DNA of 64,000 nucleotides from positions 26,761 to 90,760 of the forward strand of contig CAIVRE010000002.1 in the NCBI GenBank assembly GCA_903908245.1, written 5' to 3'. The notes beneath the pieces are model-generated. The model was given only the letters and a program-made list of their open reading frames with translations, was not told the DNA's origin and made no database searches. Every line of letters begins with the position of its first letter. Within the stretch, counting starts at the first letter, position 1. The position numbers and the translations under genes are program-made. Origin of the DNA: Candidatus Omnitrophota bacterium (GTDB taxonomy: Bacteria; Omnitrophota; Gorgyraeia; Zapsychrales; Fredricksoniimonadaceae). Of the stretch, positions 17,580-27,815 are shown one piece after another.

Positions 17580-17664
17580 ACCTTTCTTAAGAATTTCTCT
17601 ACTGAGAAATTGTTAACTCACATCCGCCACGACAGCCCATCAGGCTGACGAGCGGATGTGAGCT
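17580..17664 (-). promoter_or_regulatory. Conserved structured 5' leader motif, copy A (upstream of PGM/PMM)
   Basis: AGCUCACAUCCGC-U-CGUCAGCC-UGAUG-GGCUGUCG-UG-GCGGAUGUGAGUU, then AAUUUCUC-AGUA-GAGAAAUU, then RBS; homologous to 23508-23588 and 28399-28480. Confidence 0.7.
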
Positions 17665-17671
17665 TCCACAA

Positions 17672-18247
17672 TTAAATTTTATACAAATGATTGCGTTTAA
17701 TATAACTTAAAACAGCATCCGGGACAAGGAACTGGATCGATTTCTCCAGCAAAATACGCTTGCGGATCTCGGTCGACGACATTTCGATCCCATTCATGGT
17801 GACCGCATGATACTTGAGCTTCTCCTCCCCGCGCGGATAACCGGGGCGGTTCACGGACACAAAAGAACACATTGTTTTCAGGATATTAACATCTTTCCAG
17901 GTATCCAGCTGTTTGATCGCATCCCCTCCGACAATAAAGAACATCTTGTCCTGGAGGCCGTAAAGGCCGCGGAAATGCCGGACCGTATCCACCGAATAAG
18001 ACTTGCCGCCTTTTTTGATCTCGAAATCCGACACTTCAAACTCGGCGATACCCTTGATCGCCATACGGACCATCTTCATGCGATCTGCCGCCGTGAACAA
18101 CGTTGGGGCTTTCTTGTGCGGCGGTACACACGAAGGGATAAAAACAACCTTGTCCAGGCCCATCTGCTCCATCGCGGCACGCGCCATTAGCAAATGCCCG
18201 AGGTGAACAGGATCAAACGTTCCGCCAAAAAGCCCGATCTTTTTCAT
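17672..18247 (-). CDS. nadD: Nicotinate-nucleotide adenylyltransferase
   Basis: GGTFDPVHLGH, PPHK, SSTEIR. Confidence 0.97.
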   Translation of the reverse strand: MKKIGLFGGTFDPVHLGHLLMARAAMEQMGLDKVVFIPSCVPPHKKAPTLFTAADRMKMVRMAIKGIAEFEVSDFEIKKGGKSYSVDTVRHFRGLYGLQDKMFFIVGGDAIKQLDTWKDVNILKTMCSFVSVNRPGYPRGEEKLKYHAVTMNGIEMSSTEIRKRILLEKSIQFLVPDAVLSYIKRNHLYKI

Positions 18248-19500
18248 TGGCGGACCTGCCCGTTCCCGTAAACCTGATATTTATACGACGTTAAACCCTC
18301 CAGGCCCATAGGCCCGCGGACATGGATCTTATCCGTCGATATCCCCACCTCGGCCCCCAGGCCGAACTCATAACCATCTGTGAACCTGGTCGAGGCATTC
18401 ACATACACGCACGCGGAATCAACGCCCTTAAGGAACACATCCGCTTCTTTCTTGTCTTTAGTGACGATCGCGTCGGAATGACGGGACCCGCATTTATTAA
18501 TATGATCGACCGCTTGCGCCACCCCGTTAACGACCTTGACCGTAAGGATCAGATCAAGATATTCCTCATACCAATCCTTCGCCGAGGCTTTTTTCATATC
18601 ACCCACAATGCGGCATGCCGCCTCATCCCCGCGCAACTCAACGCCCGCAGCCCGCAGCCTTGCCGCCATTGGCAAAAGGAACCGCTTGGCCACTTTTTCA
18701 TCCACCAGCATCTTTTCCATGGCATTGCACACACCCGGACGCTGAACCTTGGCATTAAAACAAATTTCTTCGGCCATCTTAAGATCAGCTTTCGAACTCA
18801 CATAAACATGGCACACGCCCTTATAATGCTTGACCACAGGGATGCGCGAATTCTCGGCGACAAAACGAATAAGCCCCTCGCCGCCGCGCGGGACAATAAG
18901 ATCAATATGCTGATCGAGCTTAAGCAATTCCGTCACCGCCGCGCGGTCCACAGACCCGATGAACCCAAGCGCCTCAGCCGGAATTTTAGTCGCAACAAGA
19001 GCGCCCTTAAGCGCCTTGTAAATGGCCATATTTGAATGGATCGCTTCTTTACCGCCCTTAAGAATGACCGCGTTGCCCGATTTAAGGCATAACGCCGCAC
19101 AATCCGCCGTAACATTCGGACGGGATTCATAAATGATCCCGACCACCCCGATCGGCACACGCACTTTATCAATACGCAGGCCATTAGGCCTCCTGCGGCT
19201 GTCCATCACCTCGCCGACAGGGTCTCTGAGCTTCACAATATCAAGAATGCCATCCGCCATCGCCTTGACACGCTGCTCATTGAGCGTCAGCCGGTCGATC
19301 AAGGCCGCCGATAACCCGGCCTTAACACCCGCCGCGACATCCAAAGCGTTGGCTCTCATGATCGCTGCACAATTCTTTACCAAAGCAGCCGCCATGGCCT
19401 TAAGCGCCGCATCCTTTTCCTTGGTTGGGACCAACGCAAGCTTCAATGCCGACTGCTTGGCGATCTGCGCCTGTTTTAAAATGATCTTTTGAATATCCAT
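18244..19500 (-). CDS. proA: Glutamate-5-semialdehyde dehydrogenase
   Basis: IYESRPNVT, VCNAME, NASTRFTDG.EFGLGAEVGIST. Confidence 0.98.
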   Translation of the reverse strand: MDIQKIILKQAQIAKQSALKLALVPTKEKDAALKAMAAALVKNCAAIMRANALDVAAGVKAGLSAALIDRLTLNEQRVKAMADGILDIVKLRDPVGEVMDSRRRPNGLRIDKVRVPIGVVGIIYESRPNVTADCAALCLKSGNAVILKGGKEAIHSNMAIYKALKGALVATKIPAEALGFIGSVDRAAVTELLKLDQHIDLIVPRGGEGLIRFVAENSRIPVVKHYKGVCHVYVSSKADLKMAEEICFNAKVQRPGVCNAMEKMLVDEKVAKRFLLPMAARLRAAGVELRGDEAACRIVGDMKKASAKDWYEEYLDLILTVKVVNGVAQAVDHINKCGSRHSDAIVTKDKKEADVFLKGVDSACVYVNASTRFTDGYEFGLGAEVGISTDKIHVRGPMGLEGLTSYKYQVYGNGQVRQ

Positions 19501-19508
19501 GCACTCAC

Positions 19509-20600
19509 CTATGCCGTAACAACAAGATTATCAATATGAATGAACGGTTTTTTCGCTTTCCTGTCGCTCACTTCATCCAAATGTTCTTTGGCGTAATCCG
19601 CGATCCCGCGCGCCAGCTCAACGCCCGCCTGGTCCTGCACAACAACAGCATCACCCGGAGTGAATTTCCCTCCCCAGGCAACAATGCCCGGCAAAAGAAG
19701 GCTGGCATCGCCTTTCAGGATCGCCTTGGCCGCGCCATCGTCTACCGTCACAAACCCCTTGGGCTTGGCGAAAAAACAGATCCAGTGTTTATGCGCGATC
19801 AAGCGCTCTTCCTTCTCGAAGAAATACGTTCCGAGCGACTCTTTATCCACCACGATCCGCCGGATCACGTCCATCGTCTGGCCATTGGCAATAATACAGG
19901 GCACGGCCGCACGGGAAGCGATCTCAACAGCATTTACCTTGGTGACCATGCCGCCTTTGGAGAAATTATGGTCACGCGCGCCACCCGCCACACTCCTGAT
20001 CTCGTCCGTGATCTCCCGGACCTCGCTGAACTTTTCCGTCAGCTTCCCGCCTTCCTTCTTATATAACCCGTCCACATCAGAAAGCATGATCAGAAGGTCG
20101 GCATGGACCATGGCCGCGACCATGGCCGAAAGCTTGTCGTTATCGCCGAACTTGATCTCCTCGGTTGATATCGAATCATTCTCATTGATAATGGGGACGA
20201 CCCCGCGCGTCAAAAGTTTCTGCAATGTATTGCATGCATTGGAATGCCTGAGCTTGCTGTCAAAATCATCCCAGGTCAGCAGGATCTGCGCGCAAACACG
20301 CCCGCGCTTCTTGAACAGATCGCCGTAAAGGCGCATCAACAACGCCTGCCCTACCGCGGCAGCCGCTTGCAGGGAAGGGGTATCCGACGGACGTACTCGC
20401 TCGCCCATTTCACCCAAGCCCAGCGCAATAGCCCCGGAACTGACAAAAACAACCTCAAAGCCCCTGTCCTGCAGGTCACAGATCTGCGCCACCAGCGACT
20501 TTAAGGATCTCTCGTGCGGCTTCATCATATGCGTCGCCAGAAGGCTGGAGCCAACCTTGATGACCACGCGCTTTATCTTCCTGGGGAATTTCCGTTCCAT
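19509..20600 (-). CDS. proB: Glutamate 5-kinase
   Basis: VIKVGSS, INENDS, FGDNDKLSA, GGMVTK, C-terminal PUA domain. Confidence 0.97.
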   Translation of the reverse strand: MERKFPRKIKRVVIKVGSSLLATHMMKPHERSLKSLVAQICDLQDRGFEVVFVSSGAIALGLGEMGERVRPSDTPSLQAAAAVGQALLMRLYGDLFKKRGRVCAQILLTWDDFDSKLRHSNACNTLQKLLTRGVVPIINENDSISTEEIKFGDNDKLSAMVAAMVHADLLIMLSDVDGLYKKEGGKLTEKFSEVREITDEIRSVAGGARDHNFSKGGMVTKVNAVEIASRAAVPCIIANGQTMDVIRRIVVDKESLGTYFFEKEERLIAHKHWICFFAKPKGFVTVDDGAAKAILKGDASLLLPGIVAWGGKFTPGDAVVVQDQAGVELARGIADYAKEHLDEVSDRKAKKPFIHIDNLVVTA

Positions 20601-20606
20601 ATCGTC

Positions 20607-21590
20607 CTATTGGGTAAAACGCGCCGACTGCTTAAGGATCACAATGATCTCGTCAACCAGATCTTTCAATCCCTTCTTGTCGAGCGCGGATATAGGAAAT
20701 ACTTTAACACCTTTGAATTGCTTTTTAAAGCGCTTCAAATGCTTCTTTGCTTCGGGGAGGTCCATCTTGTTCGCCACCACAATGCGATGCTTGTGCGCCA
20801 GCTCATCACTATACTGCTCAAGCTCGGAAATGATCTGTTCGTAATCGACCAGCGGGTCCCGATCCTCACTGCCCGACATATCGACCACCTGCACCAGGAT
20901 CTTGGTGCGCTCGGCATGCTTAAGGAACTTGATCCCCAACCCCTTGCCCAAATGCGCGCCCTCGATCAATCCGGGAAGGTCCGCCGCCACAAAACTCGCG
21001 TCATCCGTTTCTACAATGCCCAGGATAGGCTGTTTGGTCGTGAACGGATAATTCGCCACCTTGGAACGGACTTTGGAGATCGCCGAGATGAGCGTAGATT
21101 TCCCCGCATTGGGAAAACCCACCAGCCCCACATCCGCAATCACTTTCAGCTCCAGGCGCAGCGTTTTCTCATCGCCCCGCTCGGGAGGAACAGCTGTCTT
21201 GCGGTGCATATTGCCGATGCCGCCGCGGCCGCCGGGGATAACAACCACCAGCTCTCCGGGCGTGCTAAAATCACGGATAAGCAGCCCCGTCGCATCGTCC
21301 CACAGGACCGTACCGATAGGCACACGCAGGACACAATCCGCGCCACAACGGCCGGTCGCGCCTTTACTGGAACCGCAATTGCCCTTTTTCCCCTGATAAT
21401 GCTGTTTGAAACGGAAGTCCAGGAGGGTCTGAATGTGGGGATCACCAACAAAAATAATACTGCCGCCATCGCCGCCGTTACCGCCATCGGCACGGGGATA
21501 ACGCATCCACAGGTCACGATAATGGCTTTCGCAACCTTTGCCACCATCACCGGCCCTGACTACTATTCGAGCGGAATCAACAAATGCCAT
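20607..21590 (-). CDS. obgE: GTPase ObgE
   Basis: MAFVD start, Gly-rich Obg fold, GFPNAGKST, YPFTT, DLPG, NKMD; start moved from ORF track 21707 to ATG 21590. Confidence 0.97.
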   Translation of the reverse strand: MAFVDSARIVVRAGDGGKGCESHYRDLWMRYPRADGGNGGDGGSIIFVGDPHIQTLLDFRFKQHYQGKKGNCGSSKGATGRCGADCVLRVPIGTVLWDDATGLLIRDFSTPGELVVVIPGGRGGIGNMHRKTAVPPERGDEKTLRLELKVIADVGLVGFPNAGKSTLISAISKVRSKVANYPFTTKQPILGIVETDDASFVAADLPGLIEGAHLGKGLGIKFLKHAERTKILVQVVDMSGSEDRDPLVDYEQIISELEQYSDELAHKHRIVVANKMDLPEAKKHLKRFKKQFKGVKVFPISALDKKGLKDLVDEIIVILKQSARFTQ

Positions 21591-21658
21591 AAGAAACGCC
21601 TTGAATTGAAATCCTACGGCCCCGGCTCGCTGTAAGCTCGCTAGGCGGCCTTTTGGAC

Positions 21659-21684
21659 ATTTTCGAAAGGATCCTTTCGAAAAT
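21659..21684. repeat. 26-bp perfect palindrome between rplU and obgE
   Basis: ATTTTCGAAAGGATCCTTTCGAAAAT. Confidence 0.7.
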
Positions 21685-21719
21685 AAAAGCGGGCAGGATT
21701 TTCCCATCTCCTGCCCGCT
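21685..21719 (-). terminator. Intrinsic terminator after rplU
   Basis: AGCGGGCAGGA...TCCTGCCCGCT followed by TTTATTTT on minus strand. Confidence 0.75.
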
Positions 21720-21735
21720 CTATAACAAAGAAATC

Positions 21736-22047
21736 TTACGCGGTGATCTTCGCAACCTTAAGAGCGGTCAATCCCTGACGATGCCCGATGGTCCTGCGAA
21801 CATCCTTGCGCTTGCGGAAGAAGAACGAAATATCCTTCTCGTCGCGTAAATGACGAACGACCTCAAAAGAGACCTTCGCACCCGCCACATAGGGCGTACC
21901 GATCTTGACATCATCGCCATTCGCGACCAAAAGGACCTTGTCCACATCCATTGTCTGGCCGGGCTCGATATCAATACTGGGAGCATCAATAATATCACCT
22001 TCCGCAACCTTGAACTGGAAGGAACCTACGTCGATGACTGCGTACAT
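21736..22047 (-). CDS. rplU: 50S ribosomal protein L21
   Basis: MYAVI..G..QFKV.EG, IGTPYV.GAKV, GHRQ. Confidence 0.97.
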   Translation of the reverse strand: MYAVIDVGSFQFKVAEGDIIDAPSIDIEPGQTMDVDKVLLVANGDDVKIGTPYVAGAKVSFEVVRHLRDEKDISFFFRKRKDVRRTIGHRQGLTALKVAKITA

Positions 22048-22099
22048 ATGAACAACCTCCTGAAAAATTAAACAACCACTTTATGAAATTAAGTGCCTT

Positions 22100-22127
22100 A
22101 TTATATGTATTTTATTCCTTTAGTCAA
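22100..22127 (-). promoter_or_regulatory. Putative sigma70 promoter of rplU
   Basis: TTGACT-N16-TATAAT on minus strand, overlapping the RNase E/G stop codon. Confidence 0.5.
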
Positions 22128-23502
22128 TTTTTACTTTACCACGGCCCTGGCAATACGGACAAGGCGCGAACTTAATGGACTCCAGCGTCTTCCCCGCACG
22201 CTCACGAGTCATTTCAACAAGCCCGAGGCTCGAGATCTTGTTGACCTCGGTCTTCGACATGTCTTTTGCGAGCTCGGCCTTAAGGACATCGAGCACCTTG
22301 CGTTTGTGCTCCTCGCGCATCATATCAATAAAATCAATAACAATAATACCGCCCAGGTCGCGCAAACGCAATTGGCGGGCTATTTCAGGCGCGGCCTCCA
22401 TATTCACATTGAACGCCGCCTCCTCGGGAGAAGCCTGCGTCTTGTAACGGCCGCTGTTGACATCCACCACCGTCACGCCTTCCGTAGGCTCGATGACCAC
22501 GTAAGCGCCCGTTTTTAAGTAAACCTTCGTATCGTAGATCTCCTCAAGCGCCTGGGATATCTTATGTGCCTCAAAAATATTGGTTTCCCCGCGATGCAAA
22601 TGGATCTTCTTGAGCGCCTTCTGGCCCACCAGCGTCTCCACATACTTGAGCAGCTTCTCGTGTTCTTCCTTCGAATCGATATGAATGGACGCCACATCTT
22701 CACGCAAATGATCACGCACGACTTTCCAGATAATATCCCCCTCCTTGTACACCATGAACGGGGATTTCTTCTCGCGGGCAAGCTTTAACACCTGCTGCCA
22801 TTTGTCGTAAACGAACTTGGCATCATTAAGAAGCTCGGCTTTATCCTGATTCATCGATACCGTGCGGATAATGAACCCGCCTTCCTTGATATCGCACTCC
22901 TTGATGATCTCACGCAGGCGATGACGCTCCTCGGGAGACTCGATCTTCTGGGAAACCCCCACATGATTATCATAGGGCATGTAAACCACAAAACGGCCTG
23001 GAATAGAAACATGCGTGGTAAGCCGCGGGCCCTTGGTCCCGAAAGGGTCCTTCTCAACCTGCACCAGGACCTCCTGTCCAACCTTGAGCGGCGTCCCTGC
23101 TTTTCCGCCGCCACGGTGGCCGCCGCGGCCATGAGGCTTTTCCCCAGGTGCATCCTTCTTGACCAGCTCCGCCGACTTGGCTGCCTCCGCCGACTTCGGC
23201 TTACGGTTGAGCAGGCGGTCGATCAAACTGGGCTGAGCATCATCCTTCTTCTTGTTGACGAAATCCTCTAAGCTGGAATGGTCGGCATCGGTGAGATAAA
23301 GGAAACCGTTCTTCTCCTGGCCGACATTAACAAAAGCTCCATTAATGGACGGCAGAATGGACTCGACCTTGCCCTTGTAAATATTCCCCAGGAAAGATTC
23401 ATAGCGGTCAAGCTCGATATAAAAATCATCAAGTTTCTTGTTATCAATGACCGCCACCCGCCGCTCCCCGTCGGCAACGTGGATCAAAATATCTTTTGGC
23501 AC
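22120..23502 (-). CDS. Ribonuclease E/G family (Rne/Rng)
   Basis: GNIYKGKV, GTKGPRLTT, DVNSG, LRDLGGIIVIDFIDM, C-terminal CPYCQGRG Zn-link. Confidence 0.96.
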   Translation of the reverse strand: MPKDILIHVADGERRVAVIDNKKLDDFYIELDRYESFLGNIYKGKVESILPSINGAFVNVGQEKNGFLYLTDADHSSLEDFVNKKKDDAQPSLIDRLLNRKPKSAEAAKSAELVKKDAPGEKPHGRGGHRGGGKAGTPLKVGQEVLVQVEKDPFGTKGPRLTTHVSIPGRFVVYMPYDNHVGVSQKIESPEERHRLREIIKECDIKEGGFIIRTVSMNQDKAELLNDAKFVYDKWQQVLKLAREKKSPFMVYKEGDIIWKVVRDHLREDVASIHIDSKEEHEKLLKYVETLVGQKALKKIHLHRGETNIFEAHKISQALEEIYDTKVYLKTGAYVVIEPTEGVTVVDVNSGRYKTQASPEEAAFNVNMEAAPEIARQLRLRDLGGIIVIDFIDMMREEHKRKVLDVLKAELAKDMSKTEVNKISSLGLVEMTRERAGKTLESIKFAPCPYCQGRGKVKID

Positions 23503-23507
23503 AAAAA

Positions 23508-23588
23508 CTCCTTAAAAAATTTTCTACTAAAAAATTTTAACTCCCGAATGCCACGACAGCCCTACAGGCTGACGGGCAGATGGGAGTT
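23508..23588 (-). promoter_or_regulatory. Conserved structured 5' leader motif, copy B (upstream of RNase E/G)
   Basis: AACUCCC-AUCUGCC-CGUCAGCC-UGUAG-GGCUGUCG-UGGCAUUC-GGGAGUU, then U-rich-AGUA-GAAAAUUUUU, then AAGGAG. Confidence 0.7.
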
Positions 23589-23623
23589 ACCTCAAACCTA
23601 AAATCTTTCCTGCCCAACAAAAA

Positions 23624-25192
23624 CTATTTCCCGGCTTTGTCCGTCTTGGGCAACTCCGCCGGCTTGGCCGCCTGCAATGACTTGGCCTCCTCTACTGCCG
23701 CAGAAAGCTCGGGCGACATGGCCGGTACTGGCACCTTGGCCGACTTGGCTGAAACAGACTCCATTGTCGGTGTAATAATATGCGGGGTCAGGAATATCAA
23801 CATCTCCGACTTGTTAACGGTTTCCGCTTTATGACGGAAAGGGATCCCCAATATGGGGATCCATCCCAGGAACGGAACATCATTATGGCTTATCGTTTTG
23901 TCCTCGCTGATCAACCCGGCGATCACGAGCGTCTCGCCATCCCTGATCATAACCATGGTCTTGACCGCCTCATTGGTCAACACCGGCATGGTCGTTCCCA
24001 GGACCGTGACTGTCTTGTCCGAAATGCTTGAGACCTGCGGCTCAAGCTCCAGCGTGATCAAGGACGCGTTATTGATATGCGGGGTCACGTTAAAAATGAC
24101 GCCCAGATCAATATAACTCCAGCCTGAAACCACCATTGTATTGGTTTGCGAACTGAACGAATACTGGGGCATGGGATATTGATCGCCCACCTGGATCCTG
24201 GCCGGCTGATTGTCCATCGTCACCAGCTGCGGGTTGGATATGCTCTTGGTATTACCACGCGATTGAAGCGCATCAATGACCAGGCTCAGGTCGGTAATGC
24301 TCAACGTGCCATAGGTGATCACCGGTGCGGTTGCAGCCGGGCCCATTGCAGGCAAATACATGTCCTTGTTAGGGCTCCAAGGAAAAGAATGCGGCCGCGT
24401 GCCAAAAGTCGCTTTCCCCGACACCTGGGTCAGCTTGGACCAGTCGATCCCCATGGTTTCCGACTTGGTCAACCCCGTCTTGATGATCCGTGCTTCGATC
24501 AGGACCTGGGGAGTAACGGTATCGAGTGTCTTAACAACCTCCGTGATCAACTCAAGGTTGCTTTCCACATCGCTGACAATGACCGCATTGGTACGCTTGT
24601 CAAAATTAATGCTCCCCCGGGCTGTTTTCATTTTATCAAGAGAAGCCACCACATCTGCGGCCTTGCTGAAATTCAGCACGAAAGTTTTTGTCGCAATAGG
24701 CTCCTGGTCGGCCAAAGCCTTGGCATCCTCACGGCGTTTCTTGAGGTTCTCCACCGTAGTCACCATGATGATCGTACCCTTCTGCTCGTAACTGTACCCA
24801 TAGGTCGAAAGGATCACATCGAGCGCCTTCTGCCACGGCACATCCTTGAGCTGAATATTCACCATCCCGACCACTTCGGGACCGGCAATAATGTTAATGC
24901 CGCTTTTATACGACAAGACCTTCAGGACATTCTTGATATCCGCCTCACGGAAATCCAGCGATACGTTCCCGGTCTTGGACATCTTGAACTCCATGACCGC
25001 CTCCGATACAGCCACCGGAGCTGTCGCCGCAACCGGGACGGCCGCAACAACAGGGTCAACCGAGCTCACAGATGTCACCGTTTGCGCCGCTTGCCCGGCC
25101 GGGACGGCTTGCGTATCAGCCTTATCCTGGGCATGACCCGCGGGAATACTTAACACCATAATCAAAAACGCGAGGCAAAGGATCCTCACCAT
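23624..25192 (-). CDS. pilQ: Type IV pilus/T2SS secretin (PilQ-like; STN, N-domain, secretin; no AMIN domains)
   Basis: Signal peptide, SLDFREADIKNVL, PQVLIEARI, GETLVIAGL, VPFLGWIPILG; last gene of pilMNOP. Confidence 0.92.
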   Translation of the reverse strand: MVRILCLAFLIMVLSIPAGHAQDKADTQAVPAGQAAQTVTSVSSVDPVVAAVPVAATAPVAVSEAVMEFKMSKTGNVSLDFREADIKNVLKVLSYKSGINIIAGPEVVGMVNIQLKDVPWQKALDVILSTYGYSYEQKGTIIMVTTVENLKKRREDAKALADQEPIATKTFVLNFSKAADVVASLDKMKTARGSINFDKRTNAVIVSDVESNLELITEVVKTLDTVTPQVLIEARIIKTGLTKSETMGIDWSKLTQVSGKATFGTRPHSFPWSPNKDMYLPAMGPAATAPVITYGTLSITDLSLVIDALQSRGNTKSISNPQLVTMDNQPARIQVGDQYPMPQYSFSSQTNTMVVSGWSYIDLGVIFNVTPHINNASLITLELEPQVSSISDKTVTVLGTTMPVLTNEAVKTMVMIRDGETLVIAGLISEDKTISHNDVPFLGWIPILGIPFRHKAETVNKSEMLIFLTPHIITPTMESVSAKSAKVPVPAMSPELSAAVEEAKSLQAAKPAELPKTDKAGK

Positions 25193-25570
25193 TTACTCCT
25201 CCTTCTTTATACGAAGTTCCGAAACCTGTCCGTCTTTGACCAAAGTCACCTTGTCCGGCTCGATCTTTGCGACCGTGTACATTCCGAACAGCTTCCCCTG
25301 CTCAACCACCGTACCATTAATGATCGCAATGCCGCCCTCACCATCACTCACGATCCCTTCCAGCACCATTTCCGCAACCGCGAAACTGGTCTCGTAGGTC
25401 ACGATCGCACCGCCCGCCGTTACCAGCGGCCAGAACGGATCCCGCTGGGAGTGTTCATCATACACAAACTCCGCCTCTGAAGCCGGCGCCACCGGCTCAG
25501 TGGGATTAGCCGATGCCCGCGCCATCAGAAAAAACAGCACAACAATAAAGGCCAGGACAGAACGGATCAA
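25193..25570 (-). CDS. PilP-like pilus assembly protein
   Basis: RDPFWP motif, LEGIV...AIING; between pilO and pilQ. Confidence 0.75.
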   Translation of the reverse strand: MIRSVLAFIVVLFFLMARASANPTEPVAPASEAEFVYDEHSQRDPFWPLVTAGGAIVTYETSFAVAEMVLEGIVSDGEGGIAIINGTVVEQGKLFGMYTVAKIEPDKVTLVKDGQVSELRIKKEE

Positions 25571-25571
25571 A

Positions 25572-26153
25572 CTATTTCTCCAAAATGAGGATCTTCATGT
25601 TCATTTTAACTTCCTGACGCTGAATATCCTTTGTGTCCGTCGCGATCTCGAACTCATCCAATTGCCAGAACAAACGGTCGCGTTCCAAACGATTCAAGAA
25701 CCGGCCGAACTGATGGAACCCGGAACTGATCCGGACAGAAATATTCATCGAGTAATACTTTCCATCTTCACTCACAACCAAAGGCGCAACACTGATAGGC
25801 TGCGGCGTTAATTGGTCGATCTTGACCCCATACTCATTGGCAATACTGGAAATGCTCCTTAACACCACCGGGACCTCGTCTTTACGATGGACCATCGCTT
25901 CAAAATTCTTGCGGGCCATCCGGGCAAGCTCGAGCTGGGTCTTGAACTGTACCAGCCGCTGTTTATTGGTCGAGAGGTCCGTAATATCTTTATCCAGCTG
26001 AACGATCTTGGCGTCCAGCGACCTCACCAGGCCCAGCTGAACACGCATCACCAGCACAAAATCCACCAAAGCGAACAGGGCGATCATCCCGGCAAGGATC
26101 ATATAAAGATACTTGACCTCAAGCTCCTTGAGCTTCTCCAGCGCAGGGTTCAT
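25572..26153 (-). CDS. pilO: Type 4a pilus biogenesis protein PilO
   Basis: TM plus coiled coil, EVPVVL..I...A, GFHQFGRFLNRLE. Confidence 0.88.
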   Translation of the reverse strand: MNPALEKLKELEVKYLYMILAGMIALFALVDFVLVMRVQLGLVRSLDAKIVQLDKDITDLSTNKQRLVQFKTQLELARMARKNFEAMVHRKDEVPVVLRSISSIANEYGVKIDQLTPQPISVAPLVVSEDGKYYSMNISVRISSGFHQFGRFLNRLERDRLFWQLDEFEIATDTKDIQRQEVKMNMKILILEK

Positions 26154-26746
26154 GGGGCCTTCCTTTTCGCTTTCAGGGCAAAGTCCGCGATCGAAAGCGC
26201 AGTCCCCTCCCGACGCTCAATGGAATCAACATCAATGCCGGTAAAAGCCCCTTTCAATCCTGGCTGTTCTTTGAGCATAGCCACAAAATTATTCACAATG
26301 ATCATCTCATTCTTGACTTTAGAGACCGCACTGCCGCGAATAGTGAACTGGCCTCGGTCAAAATGGATCTCACGGAGCCATACGCCCTTCGGAACGCTGT
26401 CAGACACTTCGTTCATCAATCTGGCCCAGACAACACCTTGCGCGGAGGTTATGGCCCTCAAGGCATTCATTTTTGTCTGCAATGTTTTTGTTTCATTCGT
26501 AACATCATCCAGGACCTTCTTCTGCGCGCCCATCGAGGCCCAACGGACCTGAAGCATCGTATGCTGGGCGGCCTTGACCAACGCCAGCCCCGCCAACGCA
26601 AGATGAAGAAGGACCAGCACGCCGGCCCCGGCCACCAGGATCCCAAGGATCGCCTCACGCGTCAACGGGCCGAACCCGTCCTGCCAGATATTCCCGCGGT
26701 CTTTCCGCGCTTCCTGAGGGATGAAATTAACCTTGATCATATTCAT
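26150..26746 (-). CDS. pilN: Type IV pilus assembly protein PilN
   Basis: N-terminal IKVNFIP (INLLP-like), TM, VPKGVWL. Confidence 0.88.
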   Translation of the reverse strand: MNMIKVNFIPQEARKDRGNIWQDGFGPLTREAILGILVAGAGVLVLLHLALAGLALVKAAQHTMLQVRWASMGAQKKVLDDVTNETKTLQTKMNALRAITSAQGVVWARLMNEVSDSVPKGVWLREIHFDRGQFTIRGSAVSKVKNEMIIVNNFVAMLKEQPGLKGAFTGIDVDSIERREGTALSIADFALKAKRKAP

Positions 26747-27815
26747 TGAGCGCCAACCCCAGGGCCGTGATAAGCCTGGAACTGTTCGCCTTTAACCCTT
26801 CCCTGGATACATTGGGTGCCACGATCATCCTTTCAAACGGGTCCCAAATACTGACAGGAACATCGACCCCGTCCTTGAACGCCTTCTCGACACCGGGGAT
26901 CTGCGCTCCGTCCCCGGCCAAAAAAACACGCGTTATTGCCAGGTTCTTTTCCGTCACAAAATATTCGAACGACAAGCGTATTTCCGCGATGAGATTCATC
27001 ATCACCGCATCCACGGATTTCTGGGCCGCTTCACTTAACGCCATACCGGGACGTAAAAGAACATGCGCTTCAGCGGGTGGAACACCAAGAAGATTGGACA
27101 CACGTTTGTAAAGTTCCTGCGTGCCGATAAAAATATCCCGGTTGAACCGTGGCAATCCTGCGAAAACGATCATCAAATTCGTACCGGTCTCGCCGATATC
27201 GATCACCGCACAAGCCTTGAACTCCCTGGCCCCCGACCCCGAAGCAAACCCTTCCGGCGGAAATACGGCAAAAGCATTGGCCAGCGCCACCGAAGCAAGC
27301 GTAACCGTTAACGGCTCCATCCCGGCCTCTTTAAGCAATTTCATGCGCCCGTCAACCAGGTCTTTTTTCACCGCTGACACAAGGACAGACATTTTGCGGT
27401 TATTATCCATCGTGTCAAGGATATGACAATCCGTATAAACAGTATCCTTGGGGAACGGGAAATATTTGTCGGATTCGATCGCAAATGCCCGGCGAAGGTC
27501 TGCGGTCGACATCCTGGGCATATCCACATACCGCACCAAGGTCCCCTTGCCGCTCACCGAAGCGACCACCGCGCGTGGCCCGGCCTGTCCAAAAGAAGAC
27601 GCCAGTTTCCCCAACACGGCCAGGGCCGAACGGTCATCATTATCGGACAACAGCTCAAGGCTCCAGCGCGACAATTCGAAAGCCCCGTTCTTCAAGAAAA
27701 GTTCAACAACTTTACACGAAGAAGGGCAAATATCAAGTCCGACAGAACTGCTCTTGGGATTCAACGGGAACAAACGCTTGATGAATTTGAAGTATGTATC
27801 AATAAAAGAGGCCAT
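26727..27815 (-). CDS. pilM: Type IV pilus assembly protein PilM (actin-like)
   Basis: VGLDI...CKVVEL, IDIGETGT, LAGDGA, ALGLAL. Confidence 0.92.
   Translation of the reverse strand: MASFIDTYFKFIKRLFPLNPKSSSVGLDICPSSCKVVELFLKNGAFELSRWSLELLSDNDDRSALAVLGKLASSFGQAGPRAVVASVSGKGTLVRYVDMPRMSTADLRRAFAIESDKYFPFPKDTVYTDCHILDTMDNNRKMSVLVSAVKKDLVDGRMKLLKEAGMEPLTVTLASVALANAFAVFPPEGFASGSGAREFKACAVIDIGETGTNLMIVFAGLPRFNRDIFIGTQELYKRVSNLLGVPPAEAHVLLRPGMALSEAAQKSVDAVMMNLIAEIRLSFEYFVTEKNLAITRVFLAGDGAQIPGVEKAFKDGVDVPVSIWDPFERMIVAPNVSREGLKANSSRLITALGLALNEYDQG

Noticed and set aside
21591-21707. 39-aa N-terminal extension of ObgE, or a 27-aa ORF (MSKRPPSEL...) as a divergent bL27
   Set aside because: The extension runs through a terminator and palindrome, and ObgE homology begins at MAFVD; the short ORF has no bL27 similarity
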